Origin: Yuukianura sp. NJ FZ-2021
Taxonomy: Eukaryota
Assembly: GCA_046563655.1 (NCBI GenBank)
Contig: CM102283.1
Coordinates: 8,432,001-8,496,000 of the forward strand
Length of the DNA stretch: 64,000 nt
Reading direction: 5' to 3'
Below, one piece after another: positions 59,801-64,000 of the stretch. How positions within the stretch are numbered: the stretch's first letter is position 1; each line of letters begins with the position of its first letter. The notes under the pieces were generated by a model. That model was not told the origin of the DNA and searched no databases. It saw nothing but the letters and a program-made list of their open reading frames with translations. The translations under genes were made by a program, and so were the position numbers.

Positions 59801-62204
59801 CTTTATTGAGTAGTCCTTGCTCCTTCTTCTGCAACTGATCGATGTCACCGAGCAAATGATCAGTTTCAAACTGCGTTTGTTTTCGGGCTTGATTCATTCT
59901 GCTTTCTTCATTCAGCATGGTCGTGTACTCTGCATTTTTGGAATCAATCTTGACCTGGAAAACTCTGAATGTGTTCATTCCAGCCATTCGACGCTCTTCT
60001 AAATCCTGAAGAATGTCTTGAAGTTGCTCAAGTTTGTGAGCTTCACGATCTAAAAAAAGTAAAAAATTTCAAAATTAAGCTTCTTCAATTTTCATTTTTT
60101 TAAGCATAATGCGACATACCAGCATCTTTTTGAAGATGAATCGGTTTAGAACTATTTTGCGTAACTTCAATCTGGAAAAATCAAAAGTGCATTTCATGTT
60201 TACTTTACTTTTTACAAAAACTTTTTGACATGAAACCTGTTTTGAAAGTGTATCCAAATCCAACTGGTTAACATCGTTCTCTTCATCTTTCAAAACTTTT
60301 TCTTCTGCAGCAATATCCAATTGGAGTTGAGCAATTTCATGTTGCATTGTGCCAATTTCTATTTTCATGTCAGTGATGGTTTTACGCAAGTCCTAGTACG
60401 GAATTTTATAAAGCATGGTAGTGAATGATTTCAAAATCAAATGTACAGCATTGTCCACAATTTTAGTACATACACGCATTTCCTTTTGGAGATCCGTTGG
60501 TTTGATCATTTTTGAGTAGTGCATTGTGAGCAGCATTTTCTCAAATTCCAGTTGCTTGATTTCCAAAACATGGATAATTTTCATCTGCTCCTGCATCTCT
60601 AACCTTAGTATCAAAAAAATGTTAAGCAAATTTCCCAAAAACAAAAAATTTTGACTTGGATTTCATACTTGTTTTTCTGAAGCAAAAGATTTTCTCGAAT
60701 ACTCGTAGCATTCATCTCATCAATTGCGCCTGCTCCAGAAGATTCAGGTACTTCTTCAACAGGCGGCTCATCCGTACCAGTATCTGTTTCAAAAAAAATT
60801 CAAAATTTGAAATTGTGTTACCCAAAAAAATTAACATAACGTACGCATTTTCGAAAGAGAAAGAGTATCCAAGTCCCCTGTAGTATCCTCTCTGAGTGCC
60901 TTTTGTTCTAAAAATCAAAATTTCAACCATTTCAAATTAAATTTCCAAATTTCCTTAAACTTACCAATGAAAGTATAAGTTTTACTACATTTTTTTCTAA
61001 TTTACTCAACCTGCAAGCATTTGCTCTGTCGCTTTGTCCTCATCGGCAGTGAAAGTCTGGAGTACATCCATAATCTAAAAAAGTTCAAAAATATTTCCAT
61101 TTCTTAAAAAACTTCAAAATTTGAACTTTTTTGACCAACTTGTGTTTTCATTCCAATATGATCAATCAGCTCCACTTCATTTTCTTGAAAGGACACTAGC
61201 GCTTGTAGGAAAAGACCGAATTTGTCCAGTAAAATGATTCTTTCTCGGTCAGAAACGCGGCCTTGTTCCAGTGCAAAGCGAAGAGCCGTTTCCATTTCCG
61301 CCAGAACATCTTCCACGTCAATGTCAACATTGGCCATTTCATACAACGGATTTTTCTAGAACAAAAAAAGTTCAATTAGTAATTGATTACTTTAGTCTTA
61401 ACATCACAAAGTGTTACTCTCATCACTTACCTCTTCCAATTCATCCTCTTCAACTCCCGGCAAATCTTCAAAAATGTCCCACCCAGAGTCGTCGTCGTCA
61501 CCTTTGCTCAAGACCACGGAGCCACCACTACGGTCCGACTCTCCGCTCGTACTGGAACGATCATCGTCTTTGTCTTTCACTACCAAATTTTGAAAAAAAA
61601 GTTTGAAAATTTTTTTTTTTAAAGTTTGAAATTTGAAAAAATACGGAGTGAATGGGAGCTGCTGTCGCTTCGTCGGCGCAAACTCCTGCGGTCTTCATCG
61701 CCTCGCAGATCTAGAGCGCTCCTCTGCATGCTGATGTGCTTCTGTGGTCCCGTGGAAGTACGAGCAGCTTTGTCAATGGCATTGGACATGCGTTGACCTT
61801 GACCTTGCTTGACGTCAGCCAGAGCTTGATGCACCGAAGCAGTGTTTCTAGTTCGCTGCATCTCTCCGCGATGTTCTGAAATTGAAAAAAAATCAGTTGA
61901 CCTTTGACCTTGAGTTGACCTTTGACCTTGACATGACTCAGTTACCTGCAACTTTTGGCTGATGGTGGATATCAGGCTTGTGGTCATCCTTCTTGTAGCT
62001 AATGATGGCTCCAACATCCGCTAGAGGACTATGTGCTGCTCCAGCATGATGCTGGCCATGTCCATGCGCACGAGCAGTATGGTCGTCTTCGCCACGGTGC
62101 TCGGCGTCTAAAGAGTGCCGCTCATGTGCATGTGATGCTCGGCCATGCTCTTGTCCACGCTGGTCATGGTTGTCAGGGTGAGCAGACTTTTTGGCTTTCT
62201 GCAT
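56899..62204 (-). CDS. CCDC146: Coiled-coil axonemal protein CCDC146 (MBO2)-like with His-rich N-terminal extension
   Basis: RERTEEVCTFIERI, KINKLECLLATREVRILER..QVEELT, MICEVSL, RFKLGFPPTREIQNLW and a C-terminal Pro-rich segment follow the CCDC146 pattern. Confidence 0.7.
58297..58642. repeat. Identical 130-bp tandem repeat (~2.7 copies) in a CCDC146 intron
   Basis: Units start at 58297, 58427 and 58557 (GCCTCCTGTAGAAAGTTAGATGG...). Confidence 0.95.
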
Positions 62205-62363
62205 TCTGGATACTTCTGGGAACAATCTTACAAATTCACGTCACCAAGTATCCAGTACATCAACGTTCAAAAAATATACTTCCGAAGTAGTCTCCTGAAA
62301 ACTTGGAAAATTGTAAAGTGTTATTAGCAAGATAAACGATGCTGTATTTTCAACAAGTACAGA

Positions 62364-62377
62364 GTTTCCCAGGAAAC
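62364..62377. promoter_or_regulatory. X-box (RFX) motif upstream of CCDC146
   Basis: GTTTCC CA GGAAAC (palindromic arms), 160 bp upstream of ATG 62204. Confidence 0.55.
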
Positions 62378-62583
62378 CCAAAAAATTTATTGTTCCTTTA
62401 CATGGATGAGAATATACTGGATCAAAAATACTCCAAAAAAGCTGAATTAGCAGTATTTTAATAGCAAGGTCAGAATAGAATCGTGTAACCCTAAACTTTG
62501 GAGTTGTGAAAAAACATATCCTAAATTATATCAATAGTTTTCTGTAATAACTCAACGAACAAAGAAAGTTTTCACCAGTGTTT

Positions 62584-64000
<1,417 letters not shown>

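Overview
Gene-dense, AT-rich eukaryotic DNA with short GT-AG introns, from an arthropod. A springtail (Collembola) is plausible from the chemoreceptor type and the likely horizontally acquired genes, but this is inference. All family calls come from manual splicing and motif recognition, not database searches. Left to right: QSER1/PRR12-like DUF4211 gene; intronless Tox-ART-HYD1 ADP-ribosyltransferase-domain gene; orphan EF-hand (EFCAB3-like) gene; two tandem CatSper-epsilon-like genes; alpha-arrestin; FG-less NUP42-like gene; U6 snRNA; three 7TM chemoreceptors; fungal/bacterial-type (UPF0187/YneE) bestrophin; small secreted protein; CCAR1; JmjC-like gene; small orphan; SDHA; CCDC146; RBBP4/Caf1-55 (runs off the window). 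Most notable: (1) a putative RFX (X-box) sperm-flagellum regulon covering both CatSper-epsilon paralogs, CCDC146 and two orphan genes; (2) the CatSper paralogs differ at four intron positions, share an apparent gene-conversion tract and host five related MITEs, three with clear 8-bp TSDs; (3) two probable horizontally acquired genes (toxin-type ART, YneE-type bestrophin).
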